Positions 56,860 through 64,000 of a stretch of DNA of 64,000 bases are shown here, one piece after another (the first letter of the stretch is position 1; every line of letters starts with the position of its first letter). The translations under genes were made by a program, and so were the position numbers. Below the pieces are notes generated by a model. It was not told the DNA's origin and did no database searches. It saw only the letters and a list, made by a program, of their open reading frames with translations. Where the stretch lies: the IMG/VR virus record IMGVR_UViG_3300042923_000281, positions 1-64,000 of that record; one strand, given 5' to 3'.

Positions 56860-57271
56860 AGACTATCAGCGCCTCTACAACGAGATGGTGACTGATCACC
56901 CCGACGCATTTGCCAACATGGAGATCGTCGAATCCGAAGAGCTGGTGGACAACGCGTTGCATTACTTCCGTGAAGCGACGTTCCCGTTGTACTACCCGGC
57001 CAAGTCGTACTCGGTCGCGATCATCTACGCGTTCAAGCTGTTTGAACTCTACGGGATCGGGATCTACGACGCCTTGCGTGACGAAGACCTGTTCTTGGGT
57101 CAAGACCCTTTCTTCGTGCCGTACGACGAAGACCCAGACACCTACGACGCTATCCTGATTGGGTTGCAACAGATCCCGAACTGGATCGAGTCGGGCTGGG
57201 CACCGCAGACCGTCAAGTACTTCATGCTCGAGTGCACGGAGGAAGGGGTTCAATCCGTCCTTGGAGGTTAA
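56837..57271 (+). CDS. Acidic hypothetical protein
   Basis: 144 aa from MNSQHPY; overlaps the upstream gene. Confidence 0.7.
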   Translation: MNSQHPYKDYQRLYNEMVTDHPDAFANMEIVESEELVDNALHYFREATFPLYYPAKSYSVAIIYAFKLFELYGIGIYDALRDEDLFLGQDPFFVPYDEDPDTYDAILIGLQQIPNWIESGWAPQTVKYFMLECTEEGVQSVLGG

Positions 57272-57272
57272 C

Positions 57273-57830
57273 GTGGAAATCATCCAGCCCTGGAAAACCG
57301 AAATCGCTCGCATCAACGTCAGGGATCAGTTCGACATGGAGGCCTTTTCCAACGAGGTCTTCATGATGTACTCCATGACGCAAGGGGAAGCCAACTCGCA
57401 GGAGAAGATCAACGCTGAGAACTTCCCTGTCACGATGGACATGCGGGACAACCTCATCACCCCTCTGATTCAGAAGTTTGCCAAGCGCTGCTTCGACACG
57501 ACCTTGGACGACTTCTACGTCGAGACCAATGGCAAGTGGATAGAACCGGGTGAAGGCCTGTTCCCGCACTACCATCCAGGCTCTGTGGTATCCGCGATCT
57601 GCTACCCGTGTGACTCGAACAATGGCATGACCATGTTTGACCCACGGGGCAATGCGTGTCGCGGATACCCAAAACCTATGCGACAAGCCCACTTTGGCAA
57701 TTTCACGATCTCGCCACGGGCAGGGGACATCTTCATCTTCCCCAGCTATATCCAACACAGTGTCCCTCATGTGACGGAGGACATCAGACTGTCCCTGCTA
57801 CATGAGTACTACGTCACTCGAAACTTATAG
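57273..57830 (+). CDS. 2OG-Fe(II) oxygenase (TIGR02466-like)
   Basis: GGAGG RBS before GTG; PHYHP, FDPRG, FPSYIQHSV, RLS. Confidence 0.8.
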   Translation: MEIIQPWKTEIARINVRDQFDMEAFSNEVFMMYSMTQGEANSQEKINAENFPVTMDMRDNLITPLIQKFAKRCFDTTLDDFYVETNGKWIEPGEGLFPHYHPGSVVSAICYPCDSNNGMTMFDPRGNACRGYPKPMRQAHFGNFTISPRAGDIFIFPSYIQHSVPHVTEDIRLSLLHEYYVTRNL

Positions 57831-57841
57831 AAGGCTCGATA

Positions 57842-58393
57842 ATGAACATCATCCAACCTTGGAAGATCGAGATCGCCCAAATCAACCTGCTGGATAAGGT
57901 TGATAACGACGAACTCGCCAACGAGATTCACATGCTTCATTGCTTGTGTCCTCGTAGCAGCCAAACACCTCTGGACGTGACGCCTGAGCAGTTCCCTGCA
58001 TTGGCTCACTTCCGTGATGAGATCCTGCGTCCGATTGCTGAAGAATACATCCGTCGCTGCTTCGGTGTTGATCCGAAAGAGATCACCATCGACACCTTTG
58101 GCAAGTCGTTCGAGAACGGTGAATCCCTGGGGTCTCACCTGCATGGCAACAGCTGCCTGACCAGTGTGTACTACCCGGAAGATTCGAAAGCCGGTATGTC
58201 ACTGGTCGATCCTCGCTTCAATGCCTCGCGTGGTTATCCGCGTGCTGTGCGTGACACTCACTTCGGTGAGCATTACGTAGCGCCGAAGGCTGGTGACCTG
58301 TGGCTGATGCCAAGTTACATCCAACACAGCGTTGAAGCCAACCCGGCTGACATGCGTCTGTCCCTCATCAACGACTTCCACTTCAAGGCGTAA
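57842..58393 (+). CDS. 2OG-Fe(II) oxygenase (TIGR02466-like), tandem paralog
   Basis: HLH, DPR, PSYIQHSV, RLSL. Confidence 0.8.
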   Translation: MNIIQPWKIEIAQINLLDKVDNDELANEIHMLHCLCPRSSQTPLDVTPEQFPALAHFRDEILRPIAEEYIRRCFGVDPKEITIDTFGKSFENGESLGSHLHGNSCLTSVYYPEDSKAGMSLVDPRFNASRGYPRAVRDTHFGEHYVAPKAGDLWLMPSYIQHSVEANPADMRLSLINDFHFKA

Positions 58394-58395
58394 TC

Positions 58396-59049
58396 ATGGC
58401 TGACGAACAACCTCTTTACCTGGGTGCGGATCGTGGACACTTCCGTACCATGCGTTTGATCGACAACGCAGGTGTGGTACTGCGAGCCAACTGCCGGATC
58501 AAAGAAGCCACGGTCTTCAACTACCTGAGCGACCTTCAGTACGCCATCGTGGGTTACTCCATTGAATGGTGGCCTGAACAAGACCCTGCTCCGCACTTGG
58601 GTGGTGAAGCGCATCCGTACATCCCGCGCAATCGCCCGAACGTGACCAAGCTGTACTTCCGCATGAAGACCTCGGCCACCTCGAAGATGCTGCATCTGGA
58701 AGACGCGATCATCAACGACTTCCTGAACAGCAAAGTGCTGGCAGAGCCGATGACGTTGCAGTCCTTCTCTCAAGAAGCGGCTGAGCAGATCACCAGTTCC
58801 AGTAAATGGCGCGTGTTGCAGAAGTCCCAGTGGGATTACTCCAACGCCGTGCACATCACCAAGTACGAAGCGACCTCCAACGCTCCGTTGACGCTGGTGC
58901 AAGAAGGGCTGCGCTTTGACTGGCGTCTGACTGGTCGTGATGATCAGATGGAAGCGGCGCAGATGAGCAACTATCCCTTCGCCAAACTCCGGGACTGCTA
59001 CCCGGCCATGCAAACCTACCTTGAAGGGCTCCACAATGGCAGCAACTAA
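58396..59049 (+). CDS. Hypothetical protein
   Basis: 217 aa, coupled to the endolysin. Confidence 0.7.
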   Translation: MADEQPLYLGADRGHFRTMRLIDNAGVVLRANCRIKEATVFNYLSDLQYAIVGYSIEWWPEQDPAPHLGGEAHPYIPRNRPNVTKLYFRMKTSATSKMLHLEDAIINDFLNSKVLAEPMTLQSFSQEAAEQITSSSKWRVLQKSQWDYSNAVHITKYEATSNAPLTLVQEGLRFDWRLTGRDDQMEAAQMSNYPFAKLRDCYPAMQTYLEGLHNGSN

Positions 59050-59758
59050 AGAACAACTGAAGGAACTCCAGCGTAACCTCAAAGCGCTGGGTTTCTACAC
59101 GGGCATCATCGACGGTCTGTGGGGCGGTGCCTCTCACGGTGCTTTCCTGAACGCTCGCCGGAAGGCCGTGAACATGTCGAAGCCGTCTACGGCTGCCGAC
59201 GGTATCAATGGCTTGCTGTTTGCTTACTGCAAGGCTCCTGCGTGGTCTGTCAAGGTCTCCGATGAGTTCCTGCGCAAGACCAACAAGATCGCGACCGATC
59301 TGGCCCTGCCATGGGACGGTACTGACACCCTGATGGCCTGCATGGCGTTCGAGAGTGGCTTCAGTCCGACTATCCAGAATGGTGCAGGTGCTCCGTTCTA
59401 CGGTCTGATCCAGTTCGGTGCCGCAGCAGCCAAGGACTCGGGTACCACGATCCCTGCGCTGTTGAAGATGTCGGCCGAGCAACAACTCGACTACGTCTAC
59501 AACTTCTTCAAGCCGTACAAGGGCAAGCTGAAGACCCTCAGCGACATCTACATGCGCATCCTCCTACCTACTGCTGTGGGCAAGCCGGAAGACTACGTGC
59601 TGTTCAGCGAAGCGAACACCAAGTCCAAGGCCTACCTTCAGAACAAAGGGCTGGATGCCAACCGTGATGGTCTGATCACCAAAGCGGAAGCCGCTGCCAA
59701 GGTAGCGCAGAAGTACGTCGACGGTCTGCACCCGAACAACCTGCGCATCGCAGCGTAA
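59036..59758 (+). CDS. Modular endolysin (PG-binding + lysozyme-like/lytic transglycosylase domain)
   Basis: LQRNLKALGFYTGIIDGLWG PG_binding_1 pattern; MAFESGF..GLIQF; DANRDGLITKAE. Confidence 0.85.
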   Translation: MAATKEQLKELQRNLKALGFYTGIIDGLWGGASHGAFLNARRKAVNMSKPSTAADGINGLLFAYCKAPAWSVKVSDEFLRKTNKIATDLALPWDGTDTLMACMAFESGFSPTIQNGAGAPFYGLIQFGAAAAKDSGTTIPALLKMSAEQQLDYVYNFFKPYKGKLKTLSDIYMRILLPTAVGKPEDYVLFSEANTKSKAYLQNKGLDANRDGLITKAEAAAKVAQKYVDGLHPNNLRIAA

Positions 59759-59774
59759 CAAAGAAAAAAGAAAG

Positions 59775-59808
59775 ACGTGAGAGGGAGCCCTAGGGCTCCC
59801 TCTTATGC
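59775..59808. terminator. Bidirectional hairpin terminator
   Basis: GAGGGAGCCCTAGGGCTCCCTC + TATG, A-tract on the left, between convergent genes. Confidence 0.7.
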
Positions 59809-59811
59809 CGT

Positions 59812-60552
59812 TTAGCTGATCAACTGGTCCCAACGGGCCTGGATTACTTCCCAGTACACGGAAGGCTCGATCCCGTCGTACGCCCCGATGGAGAAACCGT
59901 CATTGAGTTCAACCAATGCAGTCTGTCCTGTAGAGAGTACACCGAAGTCCACTGCGTAGCCTGCTGGTGCAGCACTTTCAGTCAAGTCCCGGACAGCGTC
60001 TAAGATGATGCCGCGATTGGGTTTGATGTTACGGTCCCCGCCGTGATCCGCAAAGCGAATGTCCAGCAAGCAACCGTTGGCCACGTAGCAACGCCATTCA
60101 CTGACGAACTCTACGACCTCACCGACCCACACTGGCAGCTTATCCGACGCCCCATTGAACCGAGGGTCCATGGAGTCACAAGTAACAAACCCTGTGAAAC
60201 GTTTCAAGGCAACCGGTTTGACGAAATGTGAACCCACGTCTTCGATCAGGTTCTTTGCATCACGCAGCGTGAACATCTTGGCGACGTTACGATGCAGGTG
60301 ATGGTACAAGCACTCTGGATAGCAGTCCTCGTCAGGCAGTACTTTATCAAATTGACGCAGAGCGTGCTTCATGAACGGTACACTGCCAGCCACCAGATCC
60401 GTGGCGTACAATGGGATCTGGTTACGGGACATCTGTTTCTCGTAGCAGATCAGCACCGGGATGTGATGTTCTTCTGCATGACTCATGAGAAGTTGTTCTT
60501 CTAGACCGAGCCGCCCGTTACGACGTTCGATGACTAAGCGTTCTGGCTTCAT
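59812..60552 (-). CDS. ATP-grasp protein, DUF4343/R2K-like
   Basis: FVKP..KRFTG, V.FVSEWRCYV, AVDFG, LVELNDGFSIGAY. Confidence 0.75.
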   Translation of the reverse strand: MKPERLVIERRNGRLGLEEQLLMSHAEEHHIPVLICYEKQMSRNQIPLYATDLVAGSVPFMKHALRQFDKVLPDEDCYPECLYHHLHRNVAKMFTLRDAKNLIEDVGSHFVKPVALKRFTGFVTCDSMDPRFNGASDKLPVWVGEVVEFVSEWRCYVANGCLLDIRFADHGGDRNIKPNRGIILDAVRDLTESAAPAGYAVDFGVLSTGQTALVELNDGFSIGAYDGIEPSVYWEVIQARWDQLIS

Positions 60553-60607
60553 GGTGATTCCTAAATGATGAAAAAGAAAAGAACCCGAAGGCTCTTTTCT
60601 GTAGGTG

Positions 60608-60991
60608 TTAATCGAACGGCCACTGTCCTTTCGACGGAGGGATCTCAATGACCGTGATGTTTTCTTTTGGTTGTTTCTCCACCGCCTCGAAGTACTCCTG
60701 AGCAGCTTTCGCTTGCTCGGGGGTCGGAGGTGGGAAGAAGACCTCATCGATGATCTGACTGATCTCACGAACGTCGCGCTTGTTACCTTCAGCGTCAATG
60801 AAGTAGCCAGTGACGCCTTTAGGACCCGGTGTGCTGTCGTTCAACCCCTCGACCACGTCACGCAGTACCGCTTTGCAGTACTTGAGTTTCATGGTCAGTG
60901 AGGCATTGTTCAACCGCTGACGGACATTCGACAGGTCTGGTTTGATTTTCATCTTGGCTTGCATGTCCAAGACTTCTTGACTCAGGCTCAT
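60608..60991 (-). CDS. Hypothetical protein
   Basis: 127 aa, AAGGAG RBS. Confidence 0.7.
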   Translation of the reverse strand: MSLSQEVLDMQAKMKIKPDLSNVRQRLNNASLTMKLKYCKAVLRDVVEGLNDSTPGPKGVTGYFIDAEGNKRDVREISQIIDEVFFPPPTPEQAKAAQEYFEAVEKQPKENITVIEIPPSKGQWPFD

Positions 60992-61001
60992 GTCGCGCTC
61001 C

Positions 61002-61382
61002 TTAGTAGGTCATGACTTCGAGGCCGTGCTTAGCGCCTTCTTCCCACGCGATGTCAGCCAACTTCATGGCCATCTCATCGCTGTTGAACGGGATGCCCAC
61101 CAACTTGTTACCGATGACTTCTTGTGGCAGCTTGTCACAGACGTCCAGTGCGTAGAGTGCCTTCTTGGCATCCTTCGGAACACCTTCCACGTTCATGCGC
61201 TTGACGATCTCGCCAATAGCACGAGTGCGGAAGGACAGATCCGATTCACCGTGGATCTTACGGCCAAAGCTAGCAGCGATCTGCTGCATGCACTTGGAGA
61301 TCCCACCAGCCATCTTGTCTTCCCATGCGGTACGGACAGCGATTTGAGTGCGGATCTGGTTAACAGTCAATACTTGTGCCAT
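61002..61382 (-). CDS. Hypothetical protein
   Basis: 126 aa, GGAG RBS. Confidence 0.7.
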   Translation of the reverse strand: MAQVLTVNQIRTQIAVRTAWEDKMAGGISKCMQQIAASFGRKIHGESDLSFRTRAIGEIVKRMNVEGVPKDAKKALYALDVCDKLPQEVIGNKLVGIPFNSDEMAMKLADIAWEEGAKHGLEVMTY

Positions 61383-61408
61383 GGTTCTACTCCGGAGTAG
61401 CGGTTAGG

Positions 61409-61951
61409 TTATTGATCAGCGGCAGCGGCCGCAGCTGCGGCAGTTGCGACACCGATGATTACGGTAGCAACACCCAGTGCCAACCAACCACGTTTGGTCG
61501 TTGGCATCTTGATGGGTTGTACAGGACGGCTGTAGTTCGGGGTGGAGCGATTGCGGTGACCACTGACAGCGAACTCTTCAGCAGTGTCCCAGTTCGATGC
61601 GTGACGCACCGGCTGAGGCTGTGGGGAGTCGATGATGATCGTGTGGGTGATGCCAGTCACGGCGCCCAGGGTGATCACTTCAGAACCCACCTTCACCGAG
61701 GTGATGTTCAGCAACATCATTGCTGCAACCAGCATGACGTTTTCTTCGTGGCTCAACTCATCCACCTTGCTGGTGAACATGAAGAGGCTCAGGTCGTAGT
61801 CGTCACGGATGCGGGACAGCTCGTAACCCATACCGCGACGGCTGAAGGTCACGTCAGAACCGCTGTTGAACTCCACGGTCAGACCGCGGACTTTACCGAT
61901 GCGGGTCAGAGCGATACAAGCGGCGGTAGGGTTGTAAGTGAAAACTTTCAT
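61409..61951 (-). CDS. Hypothetical protein with C-terminal TM anchor
   Basis: 180 aa, ends WLALGVATVIIGVATAAAAAAADQ; AGGAG RBS. Confidence 0.7.
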   Translation of the reverse strand: MKVFTYNPTAACIALTRIGKVRGLTVEFNSGSDVTFSRRGMGYELSRIRDDYDLSLFMFTSKVDELSHEENVMLVAAMMLLNITSVKVGSEVITLGAVTGITHTIIIDSPQPQPVRHASNWDTAEEFAVSGHRNRSTPNYSRPVQPIKMPTTKRGWLALGVATVIIGVATAAAAAAAADQ

Positions 61952-62027
61952 GGTGTATCTCCTGTGATACGGGGTAGGGGTAATTGGATCATGTGAAAGC
62001 TCTCGGTTAGAAAGCCTTCAGACTGAT

Positions 62028-62147
62028 TCAACTCGGGGTGTTAGGTGCTTGGGTTTCGAAGCACTTCTTGGCGATCGCATGGAGTGCCAGGTTGGCGGCT
62101 ACACGAACGGTGACGATAACAGCAACAGCAACGATGAAATTACGCAT
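62028..62147 (-). CDS. 39-aa hydrophobic peptide (MRNFIVAVAVIVTVRVAANLALHAIAKKCFETQAPNTPS)
   Basis: Read by hand; AGGAG RBS. Confidence 0.55.
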   Translation of the reverse strand: MRNFIVAVAVIVTVRVAANLALHAIAKKCFETQAPNTPS

Positions 62148-62205
62148 GGTGAAACTCCTGGTTTCGAATGGGGGGTAAAGCTAGGGGTGTTGCCACCCCC
62201 AGTTG

Positions 62206-62313
62206 TTACGAGTTGCGGGTCATCAGTCGTTGCCGAAACTTCGACGTCGAGTAGATATCCATGGCGACACGGATAACGATGACTGTTGCAACGGTGGTCA
62301 GGATACGAGCCAT
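62206..62313 (-). CDS. 35-aa hydrophobic peptide (MARILTTVATVIVIRVAMDIYSTSKFRQRLMTRNS)
   Basis: AAGGAGG RBS. Confidence 0.6.
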   Translation of the reverse strand: MARILTTVATVIVIRVAMDIYSTSKFRQRLMTRNS

Positions 62314-62323
62314 GATGGCCTCC

Positions 62324-62881
62324 TTACTTTTGCATTGCGCTGATGAAGTCTTTGAACTGCTCAACAGTGAGGCTGCCGTTTGGCAGTTGGTCACGGTATT
62401 GAGTAGCCGAGTTGTGCACCACCACGAATGGGCCATGGCCCAGAGTGAAGCGTTCGAAGAACACAGCAGTTCCGAACTCAGTGCCGATCAGGATCAAACG
62501 ACGGCCACAGTCGCCAGTCGCTTTAGCCATGTTGCCATTGGCCAGGCCGACAGTCTGAGCACCGTTGAAGTAACCGGTGCCATTCTTCCAGCGAGGATCG
62601 AAGTCCAGCAGGGTGTCGATGTTGGCGTAGACGTGATCGAAGGTAGCTTCGAGTGGGCTACGGTCACCAGGGCCACGACCGGACTTGGCTTTCAGGTTGT
62701 TGATCAGTTCGTTGTTCGCATTGATGCGAGACAATTCAACAGCCGTTTTGGCAGTCGCTACGAGTTCAGGAGTGACGGCCTTCTTGGCGACCATCTTCGA
62801 GATCGTGCGTTTTGCCAACCAGCCCAGACCTGCAACAGCAGCGGTACCGGCAACAGCAACAGCGATTTGTTTAGCTTCCAT
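62324..62881 (-). CDS. Hypothetical protein with N-terminal membrane anchor
   Basis: 185 aa, AGGAG RBS, first gene after the promoter at 62942. Confidence 0.75.
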   Translation of the reverse strand: MEAKQIAVAVAGTAAVAGLGWLAKRTISKMVAKKAVTPELVATAKTAVELSRINANNELINNLKAKSGRGPGDRSPLEATFDHVYANIDTLLDFDPRWKNGTGYFNGAQTVGLANGNMAKATGDCGRRLILIGTEFGTAVFFERFTLGHGPFVVVHNSATQYRDQLPNGSLTVEQFKDFISAMQK

Positions 62882-62941
62882 GGTGTTTCTCCTACAAGGT
62901 TAGTATTGGCAAGTAGATTATTCTCCTTGCTCACTGTAACT

Positions 62942-62966
62942 ATGTATTGTCCAAATAAATTCGAAT
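62942..62966 (-). promoter_or_regulatory. Putative early promoter (ATTCGA-N13-ATACAT)
   Basis: Near-identical to the 4529 site, including the ATTTATTT spacer and downstream CAGTGAG. Confidence 0.65.
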
Positions 62967-62977
62967 CGCATTTAAAC

Positions 62978-63019
62978 AAAGAAAAAAGAAGCCTAGGGAA
63001 TTACCCCTAGGCCTTTATG
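62978..63019 (-). terminator. Intrinsic terminator
   Basis: GCCTAGGG/CCCTAGGC stem followed by a T-tract on the minus strand. Confidence 0.65.
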
Positions 63020-63739
63020 TCACATCATGAACGATGGGAACGTTTGTACAATGTGTTTCTCGCCCTTGTGCAGATCGAACGTTGAACCCCCTGCACCGTG
63101 TGCACGGATGCGCAGATGACGATCACCCACCAGCCCTGTCATGGCTTTGCAGAAGCCAGGCACGTCAGCCAGTGCCAGACCCAACGGATACATGGCCACC
63201 AGAGCCACCTGCCCATCTTCGCAGAGCAACTTCACAGTGCCGAGACCGTGCTTGATCATGAGTGGGATTACCTGCTCATGAAGTTCAGCCAAGTCTTTGT
63301 GCTCTGGGGTGTCTTCGTAGTCCGTGGACGCTCCCCATGTGGCGGCGTTGCCGGGCTGGGTGAAGACATTGATGTCGCGGTCCTGAATACCCAGCTCTTC
63401 ACAAAGTTGTTTGATGGTGAGCTGTTTATCACCGTACCACGTCTTCATCAACGGAGCATCTTGCGGGAAGTCTTCGAGGTACTTCCCATCTTTGTCATTG
63501 ACCAGCAGCCGTGACAGAGACAGCGTACCCAATGGGTCAAGTTTGCTGTATTCGATATACGGAGTCCCCGGTGACAAGTAGCCGATGAAGCGGACGCAGT
63601 GCTCTTGCCATTCGAACTGGATGTGCACTGTGTACAGGACTTGATCGTAGTTGATGTCAGGAAACGACGGAGGTTGTTTCTTGAATGGCGGTTGAGCTGC
63701 CATGTCGACACGGGTAGTGATTGCTTTGGGTTTCGGCAT
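63020..63739 (-). CDS. Hypothetical protein
   Basis: 239 aa, AGGAGG RBS. Confidence 0.7.
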   Translation of the reverse strand: MPKPKAITTRVDMAAQPPFKKQPPSFPDINYDQVLYTVHIQFEWQEHCVRFIGYLSPGTPYIEYSKLDPLGTLSLSRLLVNDKDGKYLEDFPQDAPLMKTWYGDKQLTIKQLCEELGIQDRDINVFTQPGNAATWGASTDYEDTPEHKDLAELHEQVIPLMIKHGLGTVKLLCEDGQVALVAMYPLGLALADVPGFCKAMTGLVGDRHLRIRAHGAGGSTFDLHKGEKHIVQTFPSFMM

Positions 63740-63765
63740 GATGTCCTCCTGGTGATTGTGCGGTG

Positions 63766-64000
63766 TTACAGTAAGAATGTCGGCCAGCGGTAAGTGCCGC
63801 TACGACCGTTGTTGACGTAGACCAATGTCTCACCACCCACGCTGGTCTGGATGTTCAGTCGGACGTCGGGCAGGACTTCTAGCTTATCGAGCATGGCAGC
63901 GATGCCCATGTATGACATCGTCCCTACTGTGCCGACGGAGATAGCATCCCATGAACCGCCCTGCATACGGAACTCACCACTCAAGAGGTTGTTCACGATG
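63766..64000 (-). CDS. Hypothetical protein, 3' part (start probably beyond the window)
   Basis: Open reading frame to the window edge. Confidence 0.5.
   Translation of the reverse strand, partial: IVNNLLSGEFRMQGGSWDAISVGTVGTMSYMGIAAMLDKLEVLPDVRLNIQTSVGGETLVYVNNGRSGTYRWPTFLL

Noticed and set aside
46918-58393. Cluster as a DNA base hypermodification pathway
   Set aside because: No dNMP hydroxymethylase, 5hmdU kinase, aGPT-Pplase or glycosyltransferase is recognisable here, and the context is late/structural. Disfavoured, but not excluded without nucleoside analysis.
1-64000. tRNA, rRNA, integrase or transposase genes
   Set aside because: None recognised by eye, and the intergenic gaps are short and explained by hairpins or promoters. 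tRNAscan-SE and Infernal were not run.

Overview
This 64 kb window comes from a fairly GC-rich phiKZ-like (Chimalliviridae-type) jumbo phage. Both ends (1-4.5 kb and 59.8-64 kb) carry minus-strand small accessory/early genes, driven by a conserved bipartite promoter-like motif. The middle is the conserved phiKZ-like virion/replication block: head proteins with S/A-x-E cleavage sites, the prohead protease, three subunits of the split virion RNA polymerase, a tape-measure/lytic transglycosylase, a UvsX/RecA recombinase, RNase H, an SbcC ATPase, a baseplate spike with PAAR tip, and two tail-fibre-like proteins with NPH repeats. The standout feature is a ~12 kb co-oriented cluster (46.9-59.0 kb) between the tail-fibre genes and the endolysin. 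It encodes six radical SAM (SPASM/Cys-rich C-terminus) proteins, a JmjC/cupin hydroxylase, three 2OG-Fe(II) oxygenases and several unknown proteins. These surround a 178-aa Asn/Gly-rich protein ending in C-H-T-S-C-H-T-S-C-H-S-S-R-G-R-R, which resembles a ranthipeptide (SCIFF) core. I propose a phage-encoded RiPP-like protein-maturation system, possibly modifying a virion/tail-tip protein. No CRISPR array, tRNA, rRNA, intein or transposase was recognised. phiKZ gp numbers come from remembered motifs and synteny, not from searches.
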